From the NCBI GenBank assembly GCA_032718475.1, contig JAUCBJ010000302.1:38490-102489 (forward strand): 64,000 bases of DNA. Reading direction: 5' to 3'. Each line of letters starts with the position of its first letter. Position 1 is the stretch's first letter. Position numbers and translations under genes: made by a program. The notes below the pieces were generated by a model, which saw only the letters and a list, made by a program, of their open reading frames with translations, had not been told where the DNA came from and made no database searches. Origin of the DNA: Nemertoderma westbladi (Eukaryota > Animalia > Xenacoelomorpha). Positions 53,449-64,000 of this stretch are shown here, in pieces.

Positions 53449-54392
53449 CTGGGGAAAGAAAACATGATAGTATGTTAATATATTATAAATAATTTTCGTT
53501 AGCATATTATGCATATATATATATATGCATATCTATACGTACACAATCTGTAATAAGTATTTTAAAAGTTACATACTTTGTGGGTAGGTCGTTGAACTCT
53601 CTGTTGGATAAACAAATATACAAGAAACAAGTCTAAAAGGAGAGATAAAATATGATTTTGGAATCATGTCTAAGTAAATAAAATAATACTGGCCTTCAGT
53701 CAATTTCGTAAAAGCTTTATAATATTTATTAATTAACTATCAAATTAACTAAGTTAACTAATTATTATCTCGCCTCGGCTAATTAAGACTGCTAATGGCA
53801 CGTTATTCTAACAAAAAAAAACGATATTCAATAGAAAAAGGTTACAGTTTAATATTTCCTGGTTAAAAGATGTTATTTGCGTAGAATTCCCCTGGTGAAG
53901 TTTGAATTTTGACCTCTCAAAATCGGAAGCCCCCCCCCCCCCCCCCCCCCCTTCACTCTCGTCTGGGTTCGGTGCCAATATACCAATATCCTTCATCAAC
54001 ATATAATGTTGTATAATTATAAAACAGTATTAATTAACCAATAGGCCTACTCTATCTTAATTATAGTCTTGATATAACACTACTGTTGCGGTATACATCA
54101 ATATTACAAATTTATGGATATTTGCATAACTTATTCATTATAATATACACTTTATGTCTTTCATCACCAGTGTTATGGGTTATTAATATGGTTCGGTAAT
54201 GGAACAATTTATTACCCCAACGTAAAACCTTAGAATTTACCTTAGAGAGATGTTTTCGAGCAAAATATTATTCACGGAGTGTGATAACTTTAGAAAGTAA
54301 ACTTTGTTTTCTTCAAGTAAATCGTATCATTTATTTATATATAATTTAGCTAATTTAAATTTACTATTAAATACTGTCGTTTTGTACTCTAT

Positions 54393-54545
54393 TGGCTGTA
54401 GGTTCGAGCCCACCAGGGTCCACTCAGCCTTTCATCCCATGTTGTCGATAAAATGAGTACCAGTTGAATTACTGGGAGAAAAACAAGTGATAGTTTGTAT
54501 TCGGGTCGCCTCCGGACTCGGCCGACTGGTTACTTTGATAGATTA
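54393..54545 (+). mobile_element. tRNA-derived SINE fragment
   Basis: Pol III B-box GGTTCGAGCC at 54401, followed by CACTCAGCCTTTCATCC...GTCGATAAAATGAGTACCAG, a central motif I recall from widespread animal SINEs. Superfamily not assigned, and the 3' boundary is approximate. Confidence 0.7.
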
Positions 54546-54965
54546 TTGAAGGTTTTAAATTCTGTCGTTTATAGATTCTGCCAATTTATAAAAATATATG
54601 TTGGGCCCAGCTGATGAAATTGCACTTGTGACCTCCAAGTTTCGTACTAAAATAATTTCTAATCGTTTTTGGGGCTTGGGCACGCTGCAAAGTATGTAAT
54701 GGTTATATATAAATTCATTCACTTTAGCTAATTGAACCATTTACCAGAAATTACTGACCACTGATTCACCCAAACTAGCAATAATAATAGTGTCAATTTA
54801 TAAGTTTATTGATATATAGATATACATATAAAGGGATTTTAAGAGACTAAATTACTAACAACAGCACTATTATAAAATCACTATCTACTTTGTTTGAAAA
54901 CAAAAGCTGTTTAGATTATATTAACATAATTTAAACTTTAGCAATATCTGAGGCATCAAAACGCC

Positions 54966-57822
54966 TCACTCACTCACACTCAGTCATCAAAAGTATTCAC
55001 TCACTCACCACACTCAGTCATCAAAAGTAATCACTCACTCACACTCAGTCATCAAAAGTAATCACTCACTCACACTCAGTCATCAAAAGTAATCACTCAC
55101 TCACACTCAGTCATCAAAATTAATCACTCACTCACACTCAGTCATCAAAAGTATTCACTCACTCACCACACTCAGTCATCAAAAGTATTCACTCACTCAC
55201 CACACTCAGTCATCAAAAGTAATCACTCACTCACACTCAGTCATCAAAAGTAATCACTCACTCACACTCAGTCATCAAAAGTAATCACTCACTCACACTC
55301 AGTCATCAAAAGTAATCACTCACTCACACTCAGTCATCAAAAGTAATCACTCACTCACACTCAGTCATCAAAAGTAATCACGCACTTACACTCAGTAATC
55401 AAAAGTAATCACTCACTCACACTCAGTCATCAAAAGTAATCACTCACTCACACTCAGTCATCAAAAGTATTCACTCACTCACCACACTCAGTCATCAAAA
55501 GTAATCACTCACTCACACTCAGTTATCAAAAGTAATCACTCACTCACACTCAGTCATCAAATGTAATCACTCACTCACACTCAGTCATCAAAAGTAATCA
55601 CTCACTCACACACAGTCATCAAAAGTAATCACTCACTCACACTCAGTCATCACAAATAATCACTCACTCACACTCAGTCATCAAAAGTAATCACTCACTC
55701 ACACTCAGTCATCAACAGTAATCACTCACTCACACTCAGTCATCAAAAGTAATCACTCACTCACCACACTCAGTCATCAAAAGTAATCACTCACTCACAC
55801 TCAGTCATCAAAAGTAATCACTCACTCACACTCAGTCATCAAAAGTAATCACTCACTCACACTCAGTCATCAAAAGTAATCACTCACTCACACTCAATCA
55901 TCAAAAGTAATCACTCACTCACCACACTCAGTCATCAAAAGTAATCACTCACTCACACTCAGTCATCAAAAGTAATCACTCACTCACACTCTGTCATCAA
56001 AAGTAATCACTCACTCACACTCAGTCATCAAAAGTAATCACTCACTCACACTCAGTCATCAAAAGTAATCACTCACTCACCACACTCAGTCATCAAAAGT
56101 AATCACTCACTCACACTCAGTCATAAAAAGTAATCACGCACTCACACTCAGTCATCAAAAGTAATCACTCACTCACCACACTCAGTCATCAAAAGTATTC
56201 ACTCACTCACCACACTCAGTCATCAAAAGTAATCACTCACTCACCACACTCAGTCATCAAAAGTAATCACTCACTCACACTCAGTCATCAAAAGTAATCA
56301 CTCACTCACATTAAGTCATCAAAAGTAATCACTCACTCACACTCAGTCATCAAAAGTATTCACTCACTCACCACACTCAGTCATCAAAAGTAATCACTCA
56401 CTCACCACACTCAGTCATCAAAAGTAATCACTCACTCACACTCAGTCATCAAAAGTAATCACTCACTCACACTCAGTCATCAAAAGTAATCACTCACTCA
56501 CACTCAGTCATCAAAAGTAATCACTCACTCACATTCAGTCATCAAAAGTAATCACTCACTCACACTCAGTCATAAAAAGTAATCACGCACTCACACTCAG
56601 TCATCAAAAGTAATCACTCACTCACCACACTCAGTCATCAAAAGTAATCACTCACTCACCACACTCAGTCATCAAAAGTAATCACTCACTCACCACACTC
56701 AGTCATCAAAAGTATTCACTCACTCACCACACTCAGTCATCAAAAGTACTCACTCACTCACACTCAGTCATCAAAAGTAATCACTCACTCACACTCAGTC
56801 ATCAAAAGTAATCACTCACTCACACTCAGTCATCAAAAGTAATCACTAACTCACCACACTCAGTCATCAAAAGTAATCACTCACTCACACTCAGTCATCA
56901 AAAGTATTCACTCACTCACCACACTCAGTCATCAAAAGTAATCACTCACTCACCACACTCAGTCATCAAAAGTAATCACTCACTCACACTCAGTCATCAA
57001 AAGTGATCACTCACTCACACTCAGTCATCAAAAGTAATCACTCACTCACACTCAGTCATCAAAAGTAATCACTCACTCACATTCAGTCATCAAAAGTAAT
57101 CACTCACTCACACTCAGTCATAAAAAGTAATCACGCACTCACACTCAGTCATCAAAAGTAATCACTCACTCACCACACTCAGTCATCAAAAGTAATCACT
57201 CACTCACCACACTCAGTCATCAAAAGTAATCACTCACTCACCACACTCAGTCATCAAAAGTATTCACTCACTCACCACACTCAGTCATCAAAAGTAATCA
57301 CTCACTCACACTCAGTCATCAAAAGTAATCACTCACTCACACTCAGTCATCAAAAGTAATCACTCACTCACACTCAGTCATCAAAAGTAATCACTCACTC
57401 ACCACACTCAGTCATCAAAAGTAATCACTCACTCACACTCAGTCATCAAAAGTAATCACTCACTCACCACACTCAGTCATCAAAAGTAATCACTCACTCA
57501 CCACACTCGTCATCAAAAGAGTATCACTCACTCACCACACTCAGTCATCAAAAGTATTCACTCACTCACACTCAGTCATCAAAAGTAATCACTCACTCAC
57601 CACACTCAGTCATCAAAAGTATTCACTCACTCACCACACTCAGTCATGAAAAGTAATCACTCACTCACACTCAGTCATCAAAAGTATTCACTCACTCACC
57701 ACACTCAGTCATGAAAAGTAATCACTCACTCACACTCAGTCATCAAAAGTAATCACTCACTCACACTCAGTCATCAAAAGTAATCACTCACTCACACTCA
57801 GTCATCAAAAGTAATCACTTAC
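54966..57822. repeat. 31/34-bp minisatellite (about 90 units), cactcagtcatcaaaagtaatcactcactca(+cca)
   Basis: Periods of 31 and 34 are seen directly. On the minus strand each unit carries GTGAGTGAGT, and the array begins at GTAAGT (57822-57817). Confidence 0.98.
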
Positions 57823-57903
57823 TTTTTTTCATTTTCAAATTTTACTCAACTTTAATTAATAAAGTTGTCAGCGACCAATTGTATTTGTTTCCCACAAATT
57901 ACA
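57823..57903 (-). other. Candidate 5' (mostly untranslated) exon of the LRR-GPCR gene, 81 nt
   Basis: Acceptor-like tttatttcattcccatacTAG (57905-57904) and donor A|GTAAGT (57822). Stops in all three frames, and it ends in aaaATG AAA AAA A (phase 1). Confidence 0.35.
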
Positions 57904-58414
57904 CTAGTATGGGAATGAAATAAATATCTTTATTATCAGCTAGCTACATTATAGGAATGCGCACACTATACTGCTATGTTATACTATATCATTCAACTTT
58001 TCTATCTAAACAATTTTCTTACAATTAATTGAAAATATAATACCCTAGGGGGCAGGTCGTCTTCAATAGGAATCCAGAACTTATGAAATATGATTCATTA
58101 ATAAGACGAAGCGATCATTTATACACCCAATTAAGGAAAAAATCATTGCGGAGAGGGGGAAACTTATTTCATAGTGGCCGTAGGGATGGAAAAGTTTCTC
58201 GAAAAAGTTTAATTCCAGGGGAATTCTCTTGGAAATATAAGGGAATAAATTATTTCTGCTATAAAACTGATTGAAGCCAGTAATATATTACAATTTACAA
58301 TTTCAAGTCAACAATTCCCATCAATTACCCAACTGATTTAGGTTTAAGTTCAAATTAATTTGAAACCACCTGCGTTTGGGCGGAGCACGAACTTTGTTCC
58401 TAAAATGTGAAAAT

Positions 58415-58634
58415 GCGAATTTTGTTCCAATTCACAGCGAATTTTGTTCCAATTCACAGCGAATTTTGTTCCAATTCACAGCGAATTTTGTTCCAATTCA
58501 CAGCGAATTTTGTTCCAATTCACAGCGAATTTTGTTCCTATTTCAGCGAATTTTGTTCCTATTAAATTTAATTAGTCTGTCTGTCTCACAAATCTATTGC
58601 GAATTTTGTTCCTATGACAGCGAATTTTGTTCCA
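58415..58634. repeat. 22-bp minisatellite gcgaattttgttccaattcaca, about 5 near-perfect plus 3-4 degenerate copies
   Basis: Seen directly. Possibly the subterminal repeat array of a decayed DNA transposon. Confidence 0.9.
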
Positions 58635-59464
58635 CTTACAATTACAGTACTGCAGTAGTTATTAAAATCAAGTTCCGGTGTAATCTTTGACGACTCTGAA
58701 GAAGAGTTATATATGGTTGACATGATCGATCAGAGTTGTTACTTTTAGAGAGGCTCGTTATTCCGTGGCAAATTGTGTGCAAATATCGCGGAGTAGATAA
58801 TGCGTAGGGAAGATTTTGTGAAGAGAATCTGTAATCAAGATCCACACAATTGAGGGAATGTGAAAACAACTGGAAGACAGTTTTCTTTTTCATAAGAATT
58901 TAAGGATATTATTCTTGCTGAGTGAGCAGGCTGCCCTAAGAAATCATTGCGGGCCTTCCAAAAAGAAATCCTTCTTAATCGTGGGAAAGTCAAAAGTATT
59001 GAAAAGATGCAATAGAGTAAAAGATGGAACAACCCGATATGAGATACTCCAAAGCACCTGAATCCAACACCTGAATTCTGTGTTGGAAAGTATGGCTGAT
59101 GACATAGATTTACTTGATAAACTTCTAGCGACTTTTCCCAGACGAGTGTCTCCTGTTCGCAATGCGTAGGAGGAAACACAGATTTTTACTTCTGTAACAT
59201 AATCAAACTGAACTCAAACCAAAACGGCCCTTTTAAGGGCCAACATCCTTTGCCACTATCCAGGAGCTTCACGTGCTGCAAAGGGGAAACATGGCTGCAA
59301 TGCTGATGACTAACGCTGGATAAATTATATATTTTTTAATTGTGTTTAAATCAAAAATATTGAAATATAAGATTAGTTTAAAGAATAGCCTATCAAATTT
59401 TTATACTATTGTATTGGACCCAAATTTTTGCATGCAAGCTCAGGGGGGGGGGGGGGGGGGGGGG

Positions 59465-60861
59465 GGCTTATGGTCAAAATGTCGAAAGAGCCAAAATGTC
59501 GAAAGAGACAAATTGTCGAAAAGTAGAGTCAAATTGTCGAAAAAGTTTTAGGGCATGTCAAAATGTCGAATTTTTTTTCGACAATATGACGCACCCCTTT
59601 CGACAATATGGCGCTTATCCTTTTTTAGATACTTTTGAATTTTGATACTAAATTGTTGAACCTGAGAAATTGGAAACCTGATAATTGATATGGCTAACGA
59701 ATTGTGTATAATATCTCAATAGCAATGGGCAATATAGGCCTATACAGTAAGAGTTATCTTGACTAGCTGACCATTGGGCATTACTCCTCTAAAGCCTGGG
59801 GTACCAGTCCAATGACCATCAAACAACGCATGTACATCTCGTCGGTAATTCGACAAAACCCCCTAAGTCGATTTTTGTAGTATTGAGAAAAACGAAAAAA
59901 ACTGAATATTTTAAGAAATCTTGAGTAATGCGATCTAATTTTTGACTAAATATAATCTACAATAGCGTATAATATGTTTGGGTACATATTTTTAGAGGTA
60001 GATCGCATTTTAGACCATTTAATTTGATATCTGTTGTTTTCCCAGATTGTGAAACCCAATAGTTAGGTTAGAACATACAATTAAGGGGGGTTATCTTTAG
60101 CATGTGGGGTTTTATCAGATACAGTCTGGCCCATTAAATGACTTATTAGTGGGTCTAAGGGTCCAATAAAGCAAAGCTCTTATATTAGAAACACTGTAAT
60201 ATTACCATTATTTTTATAATTACTACTTCTACTATCAGCATGCTGCATTGAAACTGCATTATTATTTATTACATATATATTAATAATGCTGTGCCGGCTT
60301 GTCAACAAAATTGCGCTGTCACATCTCCCTACCACCCATGACATTTGCTAGATCATCCGCATCTTCAAGGCCGGTGTTTAGATACGCCTTTAACAGGCGT
60401 CACAAGAAAGGCATGAGCTGTCCACCATGTTTATTTATTCGCCAAAGCACAATATTATGCACTGGCTGGTCGTCACGGCGAAATCAATGTCCTGCAAAGC
60501 GGAGGCGGTTTAGGTCAAGTGTCAAGCTAAGGAAGACTAATGGATTTTTCCTCCAATGTTGTATAGTGTCTGGTTGGAGATGTGTTCATTGTACTTGACA
60601 CAATGAACCCGGCGCATCATTCTTGTGAAAGTGCCATCCAGAGATTTGGTCTATGCAGTTAGAAGCCAGCATAGACTCCCATATACGAATACTGCTGCTC
60701 TAAAGAGAATCAAACATTTCTTTCTTTCTTTCCTTTAGTCTACAACATTCATTTATTAATTAATTCTTTCGACAATTTGGCATGTCTGTGTCGAAAGCTT
60801 TTTCGATAATTTGACATGGCTGTTCGACAACTTGTCTCTTTCGACATTTTGACCTGAAATC
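59465..60861. mobile_element. Non-autonomous inverted-repeat DNA element with subterminal TGTCGAA arrays, carrying a nested LINE fragment
   Basis: Perfect 19-bp inverted pair GGTCAAAATGTCGAAAGAG (59472-59490) and CTCTTTCGACATTTTGACC (60836-60854). Multiple (a/t)TGTCGAA motifs at both ends. G-runs on both flanks obscure any target duplication. Confidence 0.6.
60222..60715 (-). mobile_element. Second, longer and more decayed copy of the same LINE 3' end
   Basis: Collinear with 38674-39031 (shared cacccatgacatttgcta, gcactggctggtc, caatgtcctgcaaagcggaggcg, atagtgtctggttggagatgtg, cattgtacttgacacaat). Extends 5' into KSLDGTFTRMMRRV-type sequence and has frameshifts. Confidence 0.85.
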
Positions 60862-61270
60862 GGGGGGGGGGGAATCATTATGGAGCACCCGGTAGATTAC
60901 AAATAATTGTTTGATATCGAAATATGCATAGTTGGATTAAACTTTACGAAAGTGCGGGACACCTGTTTACCACATAAACACGAAACACCACAACCAAACT
61001 AAGTACTCCAGATTAAAGATACAAATATTTGTGCTTTACAAACGTCATAACATCATTCTAGTATAATATGTCTATCCTGTACAAACAAAATATGGTGTTC
61101 AGCGTAAAGTGCGGGGCATTATGATGTAAGCAGATTATGAGCACTGAATTTTTAGACAAAACGTTGTTTTAATTGAGAGCAAATGATATCATTAGAAAAT
61201 ATGATTGTTTTGCTTCGAAAAGTACTCTATTACGTTGCCTTCTGCCTAAAGCTACTCATAAAACTAGGTT

Positions 61271-61797
61271 GTGGGGCGAGCCACAAAGTTGGCGGAGCCT
61301 TAGCGAATTGACACTGTTAGGGGGTGGGTCAATTTATGCAAATAGTTGTCGTCGTCGTCGTCGTCGTCGTTGTCGTCGTCGTCGTCGTTGTCGTCGTCGT
61401 CGTCGTCGTCGTTACGATTTTGACATGCTAATAACTTTGTCGGATTTAAAGCTGCCAAGTTGAAAATTTGTAGGTATCAATATGAGCAAAAGTTGAGATT
61501 TTTGAGAGACTTTCAGACACCATCAGTGCAATGGTCTCCCGCTAGAGGGCCACATGTCTAAACATTAAATGCCCTCCCATTTCTTTGCTTTTAATCCGTT
61601 TAAGCTGAAACTTGGCAGATATGTATTAGACCATTAGCTGTGACTTTCAAAGGAGGCGAATCCATCTGCAGTTCTCCAGTCTGCCGCTAGAGGGCCAACG
61701 TGACAACGACAACTATTTGCATAAATTGACCCACCCCCTAACAGTGTCAATTCGCTAAGGCTTCGCCAACTTCGTGCTGCGCGAAGTCCCCACTTCG
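61271..61797. mobile_element. Non-autonomous element with ~70-bp inverted arms, internal (GTC)n, two ~145-bp cores and a 3' hairpin (MITE or Helentron-associated HINE-like)
   Basis: 61282-61352 is the reverse complement of 61706-61776 with about 2 mismatches. GCTAGAGGGCCA occurs at about 61541 and 61686. CGAAGT-cccc-ACTTCG hairpin at 61782-61797. Confidence 0.75.
61345..61413. repeat. (GTC)n/(GTT) trinucleotide microsatellite
   Basis: Seen directly, inside the 61271-61797 element. Confidence 0.97.
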
Positions 61798-63720
61798 TGT
61801 CATATTATGCACTCAGTCAACTGTATAATTGCAGTTTGAGAGGTAAGGGCGAATAACACCAGATTTCAGAAAGTTAACCAATTTTGGTGCGGTTTTCTGT
61901 ATTAAATTCGTAAACCGCATCATATATTGGTTCTGGAAATTGATATGAGAAGCAATAATTCACTTTTTTTTCAAATTTGGCACTGCTGTTGACATTTGCA
62001 TGAATGAGCCTTTAGTATGTAGTTGATTTTACAGAGAACAGGAAAAAAATTAAAAGAAAAAAGTAGTCGACTCTGTCCATCCTCTTCTTTACATGCCAGA
62101 CGATCAGACAAGAAATCGTTTTTTCCATGTCGTCGGCATTACGATGTACTATACCAGTAATTGGTTGACAATATTGCAACATTAACACTATCCAATTAGG
62201 CCTATCCAATATCTATGGTTACATGTCATAATTTCCTCTACCCACATGTAAATAATCTGTAGGGGTAATCCCATATGTTATGTTGGACAATATATATTTT
62301 AATTAATCGTAGTAAAATTAATATTACCAGCGTGAATTGAAAAAAGTGTATAAATAAATAAATATATCTATGTTTATTTCCTTGACCCCCCCCCCCCCCC
62401 CCGCCCCCGGTGTAGATCCAAGAGATATTTGAATAACAAAGAAAACAATAAATTACAAGAGATATCAAATCCGGTATCTAAACTGTAAATGGCAAGTTTC
62501 CCTTAAAACTACAGCAATTCCCGAGTTCAGATGCATTTCATTAAAAGACTGTAATGTAAATCCCCGATACTGGACATTTTAAGCATAAAAAGAGATTCAA
62601 CTTTATCGCAAAATTAATATGTTAATTCAGAGGATTTAAACACCGCTATAAATAATGCATTGTACATTTTTAGTATCCCATGAATTTAGGCGTTAAGGAG
62701 AAGAAATACCAGCGATTGAATCGGCGCGATTAATGCGTTAAATCTTCTGATAAATCCTTTCGATTACTGTACGAGAGCGCGAAAAGCAATCTCCAGTAGC
62801 GCAGAAAGGCTACTGACACACGGTGAGGCAGTGCGATTTAGTAATGTTCTTAGGGAATAACTGGATCTTTATAACAACAATGGTATTTATTATAAATAAC
62901 ACAATAACCTATTCACTATAATAGAGCAAAGCAAACAATAATGCAGAGGCAGCAACCCAAGACTTTCATTGGGGATATTGTATATAGTATTAATGTCTCC
63001 TAGGATAGGAGTTTGCTGCCACACAATTATACCACTCTATTTATCGGTATAACATATTATATCATGCACGCACAATGCAGCATGTCAGACTCAGAAGCAG
63101 TTACAAATCGGTTCTAGAAGATCCAAATTGCCATGTTTTATAAAGCCAATACTACCTCTATGTTTTATTGCATTTGCGACAAAGCTAACATTTTGGTATG
63201 GCATTTAGAGATTAAAAATGTGAAAATCGACAAAGTGGGAAAATGAGAAAAGGGTTGTTTTATACAGAGAGTCATGAATATCAGCCATCAATACTGTTGT
63301 TGAAAAGTGCTGTTTTGTGGTCGAAACATCATTCTATGGTGAATTCCGATGTCACCACATGAAAGCCCTTCTATCAAATTACACAAACAGATAAGAACAT
63401 TTTTAAAATTTTGTAATTTTCGAAAATTTCACTTCCTTTGGCTGTAATGGTCCCCTTAAATACGCAATCTGGTTGTCTTTGACATACAGCCATGATAGTG
63501 CTCTATGGTGAAACTGGTTTACCGCAAGAACGCATTCCATAATATCTAAAAAATACATTTTGAAAAAATTCGGCGATCCTAGAAAATTTCGCATGTAATA
63601 TGAGTAGAACCAATTTATATACTAATATTTCAAACCAAACTGCCTGTTAAGTAACATGTTCTCATCCCATTTGCTTACGCTCTCATATACAGTATTAAAT
63701 TGACGTGCGGTAGCTGTACT

Positions 63721-63932
63721 GCTACCTACATTGTTAAAACCAAACGTCACACTAAATGTGTTGTTGACTATACTCCTAATCGGTGTTTTTAAACGTTAAT
63801 AGCTCAGCTAATCCTCTATGAAATCTAACCAAACTTGGTTCACATGTTGTTTGGGAAAATTTTATAAATTTTTCAAATATAATTTGCCTTTCATTAATAT
63901 GCTGCTACCTACATTGGTAAAACCAAACGTCA
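63721..63932. repeat. 29-bp direct repeat pair 183 bp apart (gctacctacattg(t/g)taaaaccaaacgtca)
   Basis: Copies at 63721 and 63904, probably part of an interspersed repeat running toward the right edge. Confidence 0.6.
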
Positions 63933-64000
63933 TTATAAGGTAAGAGTATATGAGCATCTAGCCAAGTCTTTCCGCACTGAAAAACCTGTTAACCCGCAGT

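Noticed and set aside
54393-54415. tRNA gene
   Set aside because: Only a B-box/T-arm is present, followed by SINE body sequence, with no full cloverleaf.
57823-57832. ATG AAA AAA A spliced directly to 53448 as the true N-terminus (MKKKLVGVP...)
   Set aside because: Phase-compatible, but it would give a receptor ectodomain with no signal peptide. Kept only as a low-confidence UTR/uATG exon.
60299-60598. Plus-strand 99-aa ORF
   Set aside because: Antisense to the LINE fragment.
61173-61463. Arg-rich protamine-like ORF
   Set aside because: The poly-Arg is just the (GTC)n microsatellite inside a repeat element.
62012-63594. Short minus-strand ORFs as LDLa or other upstream exons of the receptor
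   Set aside because: No LDLa cysteine pattern (CxxxxFxC...DCxxxxDE) or GDxxGW linker was found by eye, and no convincing splice-site pairs.

Overview
AT-rich metazoan (probably invertebrate) genomic DNA, not prokaryotic. About 82% of the window is three intronic tandem arrays inside one minus-strand gene. The gene encodes the LRR ectodomain of a relaxin-family/type-C LGR (RXFP1/2-like) GPCR. Three in-frame exons can be read (53448-53268, 38446-38375, 37935-37711), and the gene continues past the left edge. The arrays are a 42-bp satellite (1-37142, interrupted by a TTAA-flanked piggyBac-type MITE at 34790-36348), a 32-bp satellite (39038-53292) and a 31/34-bp satellite (54966-57822). The main observation is that each array appears to be seeded on a splice site of the host gene. 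The 32-bp unit is exactly the last 25 nt of an exon plus GTAAGTT, giving about 445 donor copies (seen directly). The 31/34-bp array starts exactly at a GTAAGT. The 42-bp unit reads AG|C-(Y/D)LMSNKLHSVEWRS on the gene strand, in the phase and LRR register expected for the missing next exon (inference). The remainder holds two LINE 3' fragments, a SINE fragment, two inverted-repeat non-autonomous elements and small repeats. Copy numbers are span divided by period, estimated by eye. No database search was run.
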